This document shows, piece after piece, positions 52,378 through 64,000 of a DNA stretch of 64,000 nt (position 1 is its first letter; each line of letters begins with the position of its first letter). A model generated the notes under the pieces. It did not search any database. It was given only the letters and a program-made list of their open reading frames with translations, and was not told the origin of the DNA. The DNA comes from Mytilus edulis. Lineage: Eukaryota. Where the stretch lies: the NCBI RefSeq assembly GCF_963676685.1, contig NC_092348.1, forward strand, positions 13,578,001-13,642,000. Direction: 5' to 3'. The position numbers were made by a program, and so were the translations under genes.

Positions 52378-53601
52378 GTGAAGTATTAAATAAGATAGAT
52401 ATTTCCTCGTTTTTTTAATATGAAAGTGAAACGGAATTGCATTATGTTTTACGTATTTTTCAAATTGATGTTTTTGAAAAGAGCACTCAGCTCAAGTTAA
52501 ATTGGAATCTACATTTTAATTAGAAAAAATCGTTAGGATTTCGTGATTTCTTGTATGCTAATACACGATTTGTAAAAGATAGCTACTTGTTGGGGGTAAA
52601 TGAGGTTCCTGTAACACTAGCGTCTACGTACATTTCTATTAAACTATTGCATACAGTAGTTCAGCATAATGCCGATGATTGAAATATTTCTTTCGTGGTA
52701 TGCTCCATACTGATGTTAATATTTAGAGATGTTATATATGTCAATTTCTTGATAACGAGGGGGACTGAAGTGTACAATTTGACAAATGTAATACTGTGCT
52801 ATGTTAGAATGAGCAAAAGCATGAAATGAAAAAATAAATCTTAATCTGAATATGACAGTTGTTATCCATTCGTTTGATGTGTTTGGACTTTTGATTTTGC
52901 CTTTTGATTTTGGACTTTCCTTTTTGAATTTTCCTCGGAGTTCAGTATTTTTGTGTTTTTACTTTTTATATAATTCAACTTCATCTTGTAATGGAAGCAA
53001 TTCTTTCTATAAGACAAAAATGTTTAATTTAAAAAAAAAACGTATGTTTAACTTAAGCAAATTAATGCAGACCTCAATATTTCATTGAAATCCATAATCA
53101 TCAACTTCCACATTGTATTCATTAGGATTTTCAACGTCGCCGACAATACAATAGACGTTGAAAAAAATATTTATTATAATGTACCGACGTTTGAATTATA
53201 AAATCTTAGAATGTTCAATTATCATTCGACGATTATTTTGAAATTAAATATTTTGGATTCGATTACGTTTGAACATATTATGTTGATGAAATATTTTTAA
53301 ATTATTAGAAACAAGAAGTAGGGTTTTTTTCTTTGCGACGCATGGATGGCCTAAGCGAGATTTGACACATTGTTGTGACTTTTCGTTTTTTTAAATGATT
53401 TGATTTAACGCCACTGATGACAGGCATGTCTGGAGTACATCTTATTGGTATCCTTGATTAGATTCAAAAGTGAATCCTTTATTTTTAAGGTTATCTTTAT
53501 GATCTATTAAATGTCAATTTATTTTTTAATTTCATAACTAGAAAACATCCAAATATGTATTCAATCGCCGTCCAATGATTTTTTTTATATTTTTTCAGAC
53601 A

Positions 53602-53982
53602 ATGGCGTCTTATTTCCTTTTGACGTTTCTTATTCCGGCGTCAGCAATAATTATGGAGGACACGGTTCCACCAATGTTAGAGGAATGCTACTCTGGACAA
53701 GTTGACAAAAACATAACCCCATATGAGGTTCAAACAAGCTGTTTAGAAAGTTTTTTAGGACAAATGTACAAAAATACTAGTACTTTACGTCTAGGGAAGG
53801 AAGCCTTTGCCTGGTTAGATTCTCTTGGTAGAGATATACACATTCGGCTGAGACGACAGTCAAGAAGGAGGAATAACCAGTATTACACAAACAGAATGCG
53901 CGTACGGAAAGAAATACGAACATTAAGTGCAGACGAAAGGGAAGATTTCTTTGACGCAGTTAGAGCACTGAAGGCAGATAAA
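53602..53982 (+). CDS. tyr: Tyrosinase-like protein 1, coding exon 1 (signal peptide, pro-region, start of tyrosinase domain)
   Basis: Acceptor tttttcag|ACAATG; MASYFLLTFLIPASA signal-like N-terminus; RVRKEIRTLSADEREDFFDAVRALK is a typical tyrosinase domain start; donor AAA|GTAAGT, phase 0. Confidence 0.9.
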
Positions 53983-54395
53983 GTAAGTTTATGACACTGG
54001 GTATAGATGCTTGAACTATGTTAATAATTCTTGTTTAATGATCTGCAAGATTTCGGAAAAAACAATAATTTCAATTTAACCTATTATTGATTGTATTTTT
54101 TTTTTTAATTCAGCAACTAGTATTTATTTGAATTTGACACTAAAAAAAACACACTCTTCGTACAGTACCATCTAATATAAGAATAAATATACGCCCATTT
54201 TTTCCAACGCTATTATCATGATTTGAACTTTGTTTTCAATTTAGACACATTATCCAAAAGACCGAAAAGGTGAAAAAGTATATTTTAGCATAACTATTTA
54301 AATGTAATATACTCTTTGTTATAAACTTAGATTTAACAAATTGGAATAATTACGCGCGTTATAGTTTGCTAACTTTTCTATAATGTATGTTTTAG

Positions 54396-54508
54396 TCGGT
54401 CGCTCCAAACCAATATGATGTGCTTGCATTGATGCACCAAGGAGACGCTGTCGATTCTGCACATGGAGGCCCAAACTTTGTCAGTTGGCATAGATATTAC
54501 CTCTTATT
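54396..54508 (+). CDS. tyr: Tyrosinase-like protein 1, coding exon 2 (CuA site)
   Basis: tttag|SVAPNQYDVLALMHQGDAVDSAHGGPNFVSWHRYYLL|gtaagt with three CuA histidines; phase 0 to phase 2. Not in the supplied ORF track. Confidence 0.92.
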
Positions 54509-54639
54509 GTAAGTTGTACATTATTTCTTATAACATATACTAATAATTCTTATATGATTTGCATATCAAATATTCTGTAATGAGATTGTTCCGTTTAAAT
54601 GCTGTCGCTTAGTTCACACCTCGATAAACGATGTTGCCG

Positions 54640-55223
54640 AAAGGAGTAGGTCCGGTAAAGGCCGATTTCGGCCTCAATTTTCAAGTTCATCTAACGAAAG
54701 ATTTTAAACACTTTCTAAACACGTAAGTGTCTATTTCAATTGATTCAATTCGTTAATGTGGAAGATTTTAACTTAATAAGTCATTTAAAACGCCCCGATT
54801 CAAGCTTAAATATGAAAAATCTATCAAATATGCTAAAAATCGTCACTTTTCAGATGATTTTTGTCAAAAATGAAAGTGGCCGCATTCTTGTTCATCCTCA
54901 ACCTTTATATATATTATGTATTATCATCAAATACAACTTACATTTCAATATTATGAATGAACACGAATGCGGCCACTTTCATTTCAGACGGAAACCGTCT
55001 AAAATTTAACTAAAATGCTACAATTGTGAAGATTTCAGTAATTTAGCATGACTTAATGATGCTAGTACCCGATATATGTGCATTGTGTTGTAAAAAACAG
55101 CCCATATTTATGTAGCAGAGGCATTCTACTTTGCAATGAATATCTAAACGATTACATTTTCACAATTTTCTAAAACTGCTATATTTTGAGGCCAAAAAGG
55201 GGTCTTACTGAACCTAATCCTTT
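54640..55223. mobile_element. MITE in tyrosinase intron (Kolobok-like termini, TSD not evident)
   Basis: Imperfect TIR AAAGGAGTAGGTCCGGTAAAGGCC...GGCCTCAA / TTGAGGCC...GGTCTTACTGAACCTAATCCTTT; internal 28-bp IR at 54868-54895 / 54957-54984. Confidence 0.75.
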
Positions 55224-55922
55224 CTTTCGTAACTTATGTGAATACTACGATCTATTCATGCGCGATATTCATGCATCGGTATAGTTTCGTTTTCGATTGT
55301 ATTGTATGAATGGACTATTTTTGGATTCCGACCAGTCAATATTGTTCTTATGTCACGACATGACAACATTTAGTTTTACGATAATTAAAGCCAATGAAAA
55401 TCAAATTCTGATCGTAAGTTCCAAATATTCGGGTTAAAAAATAAAAGAATCAACACATTATTTCTAGAGGTTATTTGTTTGCAAACTGAGCCGTTGACTC
55501 ACAGAGTTTACATAAAAGCATTGCAATTAATTACGCCAGTTTATACACCATCTGGATATTATGTGTTTAATCTTAAAGTAACTGATTGTCTCAATTAGTA
55601 AATTTCAGTAAAGAATCAACACAAAATAATCACATAGCAAAATATGTCCCAACACTTCGACAAGAGGTCAATTGATGTCCGATCTTTGAGAATTAAATTA
55701 AAAACAAATTCAATATATCAGGGAGGCATTACGTTTACGTGTACAGTACTTGATTACTCAGTCGACAATGCAATAGCAAAACACTAGACCACAAAACCTC
55801 AGAATGAGCAATTCAAACCCCGCCATAAAAAACGAGGAAATCAATCTCGTGGATGTACAACATGTCTTCATATTTATTGAGGCAAAAAACTGGCATTTTG
55901 TGTGTATGAGATACGTAGTGAT

Positions 55923-56280
55923 AGGTCCTCATTATCCTATTTCTAAGGTTCCTCATTATCCTATTTCTAAGGTTCCTCATTATCCTATTTCTAAGGTTCC
56001 TCATTATCCTATTTCTAATTCCTCATTATATTATTTCTAAGGTTCCTCATTATCCTATTTCTAAGGTTCCTCATTATCCTATTTCTAAGGTTCCTCATTA
56101 TCCTATTTCTAAGGTTCCTCATTATCTTATTTCTAAGGTTTCTCCTTATCTTATTTCTAAGGTTCCTCCTTATCTTATTTCTAAGGTTCCTCCTTATCTT
56201 ATTTCTAAGGTTCATCATTATCTTATTTCTAAGGTTCCTCATTATCTTATTTCTAAGGTTCCTCCTTATCTTATTTCTAA
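55923..56280 (+). repeat. 24-bp minisatellite (AAGGTTCCTCATTATCCTATTTCT), about 15 copies, intronic
   Basis: Direct tandem array with no spacers. Confidence 0.95.
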
Positions 56281-56958
56281 CAAATAAACATAAGTTCGAT
56301 AACATAAACTGTACCAATTTTACTGTAGGAGATGCGAATTTCGTTACTTACCGTCTATTCAGTGAAGCAAAGATTTCCAGAAACCTAACACAAATGCCAT
56401 AACGGATAAAACCAATGTGACCAAAACATTAAGCCCAGCCCGAATAAGGAGTCAGAGCTATTAATCAGGGAGACACATTTCATAATAACATCTCGAACTG
56501 TTATAAATTTGATATAGCACTGCCATTGTTATACTTGTTCAAAATTTCATAATATGTCAAACAGATTTCTTATGCCTTGATAAAACGTTATTGTTACTGG
56601 CACGGAACATCATCGTCATCAACAATTATACACGCTTCATCGTCACAGAATTATATGACTTTTCAAACTTTTTTTCTCCTTTTTTCTCTTTCTCCTCTTT
56701 TTACTTATGAAAGCTAGTATTATATTCTAAAAACTGTTTGCTTTATATGCATGTCAATTATATTATACTATTATTGTAATTTTATATTGTATTATGGAAA
56801 AGACTTAATTAGTATTATTTTCTTGTGTCTGATCCACTCTGCTTTAATTCAGCAAATAAAATATGTTTAAACTAAACTATTATATATGATATCTATTAAA
56901 GTTGTTTTGTTATTTTTTAAAGAACTTATCGTTTAAATATAACATTTGGAAAATACAG

Positions 56959-58444
56959 GTTCGAAAATGCTCTCCGGACGAAAAAAAGACGAGTGACTCT
57001 TCCATACTGGGATTCAACTCTAGATTACTTGATGGATAAACCAGAGGATACTATCTTATTTACAGAAATATTTTTGGGGAACCCAGAAGGCGTTGTGTAT
57101 TCAGGTCCATTTGCACTATGGAATACCCCAACAGATCCGCCAACAATTTTGAGACGCGACATTCCAGGAGCCTTCAGTTCTCTTATCAATCCGCAAACAT
57201 TACAACAAGTTTTTAAAAAGAAATATCACAGAGAAATTCTTACACCAACAAATGTAGAGGATGATGCCAATCTTGAGTACCACCATGATGGTGTTCACGT
57301 GTGGGTTGGAGGTGAGGATGGACATATGGGTGGCGTCTATACTAGTCCAATGGACCCCGTTTTCTTTCTCCATCATTGCTATATAGATTATCTTTGGGAA
57401 CAATTCAGACAACGACAAAAAAAGTTTGGAATAAATTCAGAAACTGATTATCCACCAACTACTAACACGTACCATTCGCCAAGTAGAATAATGGATAATT
57501 TGAAACCACCAAAAAAAAATAGTGACGGGTACAGTAACTCATTTACACGTAACATATACAGATATGCACCTGCTCCGACTTGTAAAAACAAATGTGGAAG
57601 AGCGAAAAGAGGATTCTTATTTTGTGATAGAAAGAAAAAGGCATGTGTTTCTAGATCGAGGAATGAATTTAGGAAGGAAGATGGTTTCAAAAGTGTTAAA
57701 AACTGGTATCGGGGAGGGGGAAAGAAAATCATACCACAAGGTGTTAAGAATTCAAGTCCACAAATTGGAGTTAACTCTGTTGCAGCGGATACCTCAGGTT
57801 TTGTTTCAAAAGTAGACGCACAACAAACTAGAGCTAATAAGGCTCCTAAAATGACACGAAAATTCAAAGCACGTATTGTAGATTCTAGAACTAAGAGTCG
57901 TCAACGTAGATCAATTGATCAAAGTTTTGCAAGTAATAATGTCAGAATTGCTTTTGATATAAATATGCATCTGAGACAGGAGAATGGAAATAATAATTCA
58001 TTAAATTGGATCCCATTTAACTTAGACAATTGGGCTGTGGCCCCAATTGCAATTACAAACACACATGACAGACTTCATACCCCAGGCCAAGATCACCTTA
58101 AAAATCAAAGGACATTCAACATAACATTTCAAACTGATGGATTCTCTTATCGTGGTAGACATATGGAATACATTACTGTAGACGAACGTACACTCACTTC
58201 TGAATCAGTTGGTAGTATTGCCTTTGAGAAGCCAGTGTCTGGAGAAACAAAAGCCTATGTTAGAGCATATGACTCCTATGGTAAATTGTGCCAACCCAGT
58301 TGTCTGGTATCACAATCAATGTATAAGGAATGTTCGGGGATGATAAAAGTTACATCTGATTATCCTCGTATGTATCATGAATCATATAACGGTGCTTCTG
58401 ATTCAAATATGAAACCATTTTTAAAGTTTATTTGTGTAAATTAA
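56959..58444 (+). CDS. tyr: Tyrosinase-like protein 1, last exon (CuB site, Cys-rich linker, C-terminal domain)
   Basis: acag|G TTC GAA completes the phase-2 codon: FENALR...LPYWD...LEYHHDGVHVWVGG...DPVFFLHHCYID (CuB). Spliced CDS is 381+113+1486=1980 nt (659 aa). Confidence 0.95.
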
Positions 58445-58548
58445 ATAAATTTTAGACTTTTGTTATATTTCTGTCAGACCATACAAAATATTTCAATATA
58501 ATGTACTAATTATTCCAGTATAAGATAAAATTTCTATCAAAAAATAAA
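58444..58548 (+). terminator. Candidate polyadenylation signals AATAAA (58444-58449 and 58543-58548)
   Basis: Hexamers just downstream of the stop codon; the AT-rich context makes them weak evidence. Confidence 0.35.
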
Positions 58549-61369
58549 AAATGGAAGGGAGAAAGAAACATTATTTCGCTACAGTTAACACTGTTTTTTT
58601 CCTGAAAAATGTAAAGATTAAAACAAATACCGACCTCCGAGGAATATTCAAAACGGAACTTCCGTAGTCAAATGGTAAACTCAAACGCTCACACACTTTA
58701 AACGAATGGAAATGTCACATTTCTGACTCGTACAGGCAAAGATTGAATTCGATTGCCTTATAAAAATTAACAAATTTACGCCACCGTACGTCCTTTAGGA
58801 CAATCACATACAGAATGTTGGGATTAAAGTAAAGTAACTCTATTATAATCCCCAGTTTTCTGTGATTTGAATATAATGAAGGCATTCACTGTTTCATATT
58901 TTTTATTCCAATTTTTGTCTTATGGTTACATAACTAAACTCAGTGCGTTAACAAGAGTTTGGGTAAAACACATGTGTACGACTAAACTTATAAACAATGG
59001 ACAAAGACTTCATTGACCCTCATGCTCAATCCAAAAGGCGAAGATTTTATAAACAAGAGGAGATGTATTGACTATACTAGAGGAAGTTTAAAATGATAGC
59101 CACAAACATCTAACGTCAAGAATGTCTGCGGAAATTTGAACTTAAGTTTCTCATTTTTTTTTATTTATTAAAGGATAATTAACGAATTTATGATATAAAT
59201 TGTATAAGTACCGAATAACTGACTACTGACCGGATGAAATCCACAGTGTGACAGGTGTATAAGTGTATAAGGAGCTAGTCTACGGAGATTTGGAAAATAT
59301 CATCTACTCAAGAAATATTACATTATTTTAATGCAAACACGGTGTTTCGGTTTAATTGTAAATAAGTCAACTATACACAAGACACTAATGGAGTCTATAC
59401 CATTTCATAAAAAAATAATGTAAACAAATGGAAAAGAAAACTAGTCTCAATTACAGAAATTTCCAAAATACTAAATGTCTACTTGAACTGTTTTATTATC
59501 TCCCTTTGGAGGTGATTTGAATGAAATAAAGGCTTTCACTGTTTCATGTTTTATTCTAACATTTTGTTTTATAGTTACACAACTAACAAAAAAGTAAGTG
59601 AACCAACTTAATAAACAACTGAGTTATGTCGCTTGTTCTAAAAAAATCACTTTTTGCAGCTCAACTTATAAACAATAGACAATTACACACATTATGTTGC
59701 CTGCGCCGACAATTATCGTTTGTTAACAACACTTAAACAATACTATTACATAATTAACCATTTAAATGACACAGGAAAACAAAAGGACATCGTACAGTTT
59801 TTATCGTAATGTTTAAATCTTTCTTTATAGAAGGTTGCTTCAAATAATTCAGTTAGTGTTCCATGCAACCCACCATGACTAGGTCAAAGGTAATACGAGT
59901 TACCTTACATTGATGATCATGAATATTTTCAATTTGCAATGACCACAATTACGTCCATCTTACATAATACACTTACTACGACATATCCCGGAAAGTTACA
60001 GCGTGTAGAACAAACATACGATCGTAATGCCTCAAACAAATCTTCTCTTCATTGTAGATATCAGTTCAGTAAAAACCTTGAAATTTAGGACACTTATAAC
60101 AATTTACTTTTGAAAAATATTGGTGGAATTTATTTACATGCAATGATAAAGCTGTCTGTCGTACTGTGTAGATAAAACTGGTTGCCATAACAAAAACGAT
60201 CCTAATTAAACCGTGTCAAAAATGCTTAAAGCATTATAATATTGATAGGATTAATGAAAATATGTCATGACAGTTCCTATGCGAAAGTGTTTGTTTATCA
60301 AAAATGTATCCAGTATCGCAAAACTATTTAAATGAATATCGCCTATATGCATCTTGGAATTGACTTTAAAAAGTAAAATCACAAAACAAATTAACTCCGA
60401 GTATTTCAAAACGAAAAGTCCCTTATCGAATGGCAAAATCAAATACTCAAACACATCGAACGAATGGATAATAACTGTCATATTCTTGACTTGGTACTTG
60501 ATTTTCATATGTAGATAATGGTGGATTCAACCTGATTGTATACAAGTAGTTAGATGTAGCTAAACCTCTCACTTGTATGACAGTCACATCAAATTCCATT
60601 ATATTCCAAACAAGTGCAGATCGAAAATTCTTTGGTATGATTGATGTTTTCCATATTTCTAGCAAAGTACTTGATGTGACCTGAGATGAATGCGTAATCT
60701 GTCGACGCACGTACATTTATATCATTTTTTTGTAATGATGGGCAGCAAATTTACCCGGTATATTGCTCCTGTGTGCCGAATATCAAAAGCCTATGCATAC
60801 TGGTAATGCTATGTGCCAAACCATTTTATACAAAAGTGTAATGAACCCGAAAATCCAACCTAAATGTGCACACACCCTCACACTGGTATCTTATATAATA
60901 TAAACATAAGGATTAAGCATGAAGAAAAAGAAATGATTGTATGTCACAATATTGTTTGTCCATTATTATGTCACGAAGTGTAGCATTCTTTTCAACATAC
61001 TCACAATCTACAATACCTCGTTGTTTCTGTATTTGTCAACTTATAATGATGTGGTGTGATTGCCAATGGGACAACTCTCCACCAGAGCTCAAATGTTTAG
61101 TTTTGCATGTATTTGTATCACATCGATTTCGTTTAGGGAATTTGTTTTCAAAATAACCCCTCAATATCGTACACCAATTTACCTTTTGTCGATCGTCGAA
61201 GTTTTCGGTAAACACATTGAGTAAAAAAAAATTAAACTAACTTAAATTCAAATCAAAATAATATAAGGAAGAGATTAGTAGTTACAAAGCAAGTTTATTC
61301 CGACAATTTATCCATGAGGCATCTTTCGCATATATCATAATAGATTTTATTTATATGTAAAAAAAAAGT

Positions 61370-61586
61370 TATAAATTAACTGTTTACAAAATTTTGAGTT
61401 TTTGAAATACAAAGGCTTTTCTACCTCAGGCATAGATTACCTTAGCTGTATTTGGCAAACACTTTTTGGTCTCAACGCTCTTCAACTTCGTACTTTATTT
61501 GGAACTTTTACTTTTTTGGGGATTCGAGCGTCACTGATGAGTCTTTTGTAGACGAAAGACTCTGGTATCTATGATGAGTTTATTTA
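61370..61586 (+). mobile_element. Retrozyme-like repeat fragment containing a hammerhead with a deleted helix III
   Basis: GAGCGTCA-CTGATGA-GTC-TTTTGTA-GAC-GAAA at 61526-61557 has an intact core and helix II; the flank resembles the reverse complement of 8295-8770. Confidence 0.65.
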
Positions 61587-62859
61587 CACAATAAAGTCTA
61601 CAACGTACTGAATAAACGTACAGAATAAAGGAAGCAGTAGTATACTGCTGTACAATAGACATCAATCGATAAAGCAAATCCTAATCAGAGTCACAAACAC
61701 ATCAATTATAAGAGGAAAATAACGAAACAGAAACACTTATATAAAGGACAACATACATAGACACGGACTATTTATAACAAATGCCATATTTCTGACTGAA
61801 ACGGGACATTTTAAGAAAACATAATTTCTTGAACCTTGTTTTATGGTTACCCAAACCTCCCGCTTATATGGCAATGTTAAAAAATACCACTCAAATGATA
61901 ACCTTACGTTACAGGTATACAGTAAAAATACAAACAAGAACATTCAGGCAAGAAAAACACATCACTAAATAGAATATTAGTACATAGCAGCATGTAAACC
62001 ACAGAAAAGTAATGGACACCGCGCATTAAATTTACAACAGTACACCATACACCTTAATAGAATTATATAAATTGTGCGTCACCCGGATGTATCAAAGCAA
62101 TAAAAAGTGACGTATTATGTGTGGCATTTATTTTATCGAATGTGAATTTCTAAAAACATTGTATAAAATTGGGATAGAGTTTGTAATTGTTTTATTTTAT
62201 TCATTTTCTAACCATTTGAGTAATAATGATATAGAATTGTGCTTGTAATAGTGTAATTTCTATTGTCTCACCACCTGCATGACCATGTCGGTTTTTATTC
62301 TAAATCAAAACTGTGTAATAACAAAACAATCTATTGCATATAGTTGCTGTAATCTGAAAATATCTGATTAATTATCGTAACGTTAGCATACATATAGAAT
62401 ATACAAAAACTAGTTCAAACCACATACGTTAAGATATAACACAATATCCAACCAGACTTACAAAAAATAAAACACCCATTTTGTCAACAAAATCAACATA
62501 AACTTTTTAAAAGTTTTTTTTAAGTAGATATATACACAATAATTCATGTATAGTAGTAGTTAAAACGCAGAAGAAAGATTTATTTAGATACAACATTTTA
62601 GGATATAAGAACACACCAGGATGTTATATAAAGACGAGAACCATTCATTACGAATGAGACAGCTCTACGCAAGAGACCAATGACATGGAAGGTTAGCAAT
62701 CATCGATTAGTTCTGCCTCGGGTTTGTAGTTGAACCCCTGAAATTTTCATCAACCATTTCTATAATTCAAATCTGAATTTATTTTTCTAAATAAGAAACA
62801 GGAAAACATTTTCTAAATTTTTTTCTTTAACTTATATCATATATTTAAACTCTATATAA

Positions 62860-63102
62860 GCAGTGTGTTACGCCTAGACAGCATCCGAGATTCTTAATAA
62901 ACCTACTTTGTACCTGCCATATTACATGTTTCTTACTGGTACGAATATCATATAAATGTCAACAAATAATAAACATTTTCAAGAATAAGTTATGTATTTT
63001 TTTTAACGATTTAAAGCACATGGACCACTTGCGTTTTATATAGCTCTTACTATATAAAAGGTTGCAGTCGGCACTTTCGTGAATAGACAACCTGGAATTA
63101 AG
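62860..63102 (+). promoter_or_regulatory. Tyrosinase-2 promoter (TATATAAAAG at 63051-63060) and short non-coding exon 1
   Basis: Homologous to 52140-52377; donor AAG|GTAAAT at 63103. Confidence 0.7.
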
Positions 63103-63514
63103 GTAAATTATAATAAGAAAACATATATGCTCTTATTTTTTTTCTTTTAAATTTGAAAAGTGATTTTTTTTAAAACAATTATAAACATCCGTGAATATTC
63201 AGTTCCAGTTGAAAACGTTATCTAAAATTTCAATATGTTTTAAGTATTTCCGTGTATAAAGAACTCACCTCTCGTGGTGAATTAAAAAGACGTTTGAAGG
63301 ATACAAACCATGCTTTAGTATTTTGGAATCTATATTGAAATTAAAATGAACACATAAGAATTCACTTCGTAAATTCGTATCGTGGAACTTTTTTTCTAAT
63401 TTGTGAAACAATGTTTGTAAAGTATTTTTTTTCTATAAATTTGGCATAACAGAAAAACATTCAAATGTGTATCCTATTGCCGCCTTGATATATTTTGTTT
63501 ATTTTTTTTTTCAG

Positions 63515-63874
63515 ACAAGGGCGTCTCATTTCCTTTTGATGTTTCTTATTCCGGCGTCAGCAATTATTATGGAGGACACGGTTCCACCAATGTTAGAGGA
63601 ATGCTACTCTGGACAAGTTGACAAAAATGTCACTGCCTATGACGTTCAGACTAGCTGTTTAGAATTTTTTTTAGGACAACTTGATAGTAGCACGATACGT
63701 CTAGGGAAGGAAGCCTTTGCCTGGTTAGATACTATTGGTAGAGAATTACACATTCGGCTGAGACGACAATCTAAGGGAAATCATAGATTATGCGTACGCA
63801 AAGAAATACGAGCATTAAGTGAAAATGAAAGGGAAGATTTTTTAGACGCAGTAAGAGCACTAAAAAACGATAAA
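63515..63874 (+). CDS. tyr: Tyrosinase-like protein 2 (tandem paralog), first coding exon; gene continues beyond the window. Ancestral ATG is AGG, first ATG at 63539
   Basis: High similarity to 53599-53982, with the same acceptor (tcag|ACA) and donor (AAA|GTAAG); open frame. Confidence 0.85.
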
Positions 63875-64000
63875 GTAAGCTTAACACGCTTGTTTTCCAT
63901 ACTTAAAATATTAGCATCAAATATGCACTATTTTATATGATAAATACATATTTATATATTTTATTTTTTATATATATACTTTTTCTGTTAATTTGATGAC

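Noticed and set aside
53575-53601. Upstream starts of ORF-track entries 53575 and 63467
   Set aside because: They lie in the polypyrimidine tract of intron 1, upstream of the conserved acceptor.
55804-56317. ORFs with PHYPISKV or MRNLRNRI repeats; CRISPR-like appearance
   Set aside because: Translation of a 24-bp tandem minisatellite in an intron; no unique spacers, no cas genes, eukaryotic context.
57200-57867. Antisense and alternate-frame ORFs over the tyrosinase last exon
   Set aside because: Shadow ORFs of the real CDS with no independent motifs.

Overview
AT-rich, repeat-dense eukaryotic genomic DNA. The repeat families and gene type suggest a bivalve mollusc, probably a Mytilus-type mussel (inference). 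The only clear host genes are at the right end. One is a complete spliced tyrosinase-like gene with a non-coding micro-exon 1 and three coding exons (53602-53982, 54396-54508, 56959-58444; 659 aa; CuA and CuB histidines intact). The other is the 5' part of a tandem paralog starting about 63051, whose ancestral ATG is mutated to AGG. The first ~52 kb are mostly transposon remains: (1) a decayed Ngaro/DIRS-type tyrosine-recombinase retrotransposon (gag, RT-RNaseH, YR, plus an SGNH-hydrolase ORF) whose ATG-less downstream ORFs have phase-matched splice acceptors; (2) many 3' fragments of Penelope-like elements that share a structured 3' motif; (3) hammerhead-ribozyme/retrozyme relics; (4) a canonical non-autonomous Helitron; (5) a three-headed Helentron-type element carrying a 168-bp satellite; (6) an IS3EU-like MITE with a 6-bp TSD; (7) MULE and Academ-like transposase remnants; (8) several ~150-bp hairpin elements. 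No CRISPR arrays, rRNA or tRNA genes were recognised. Coordinates were counted by hand and boundaries of decayed repeats are approximate.
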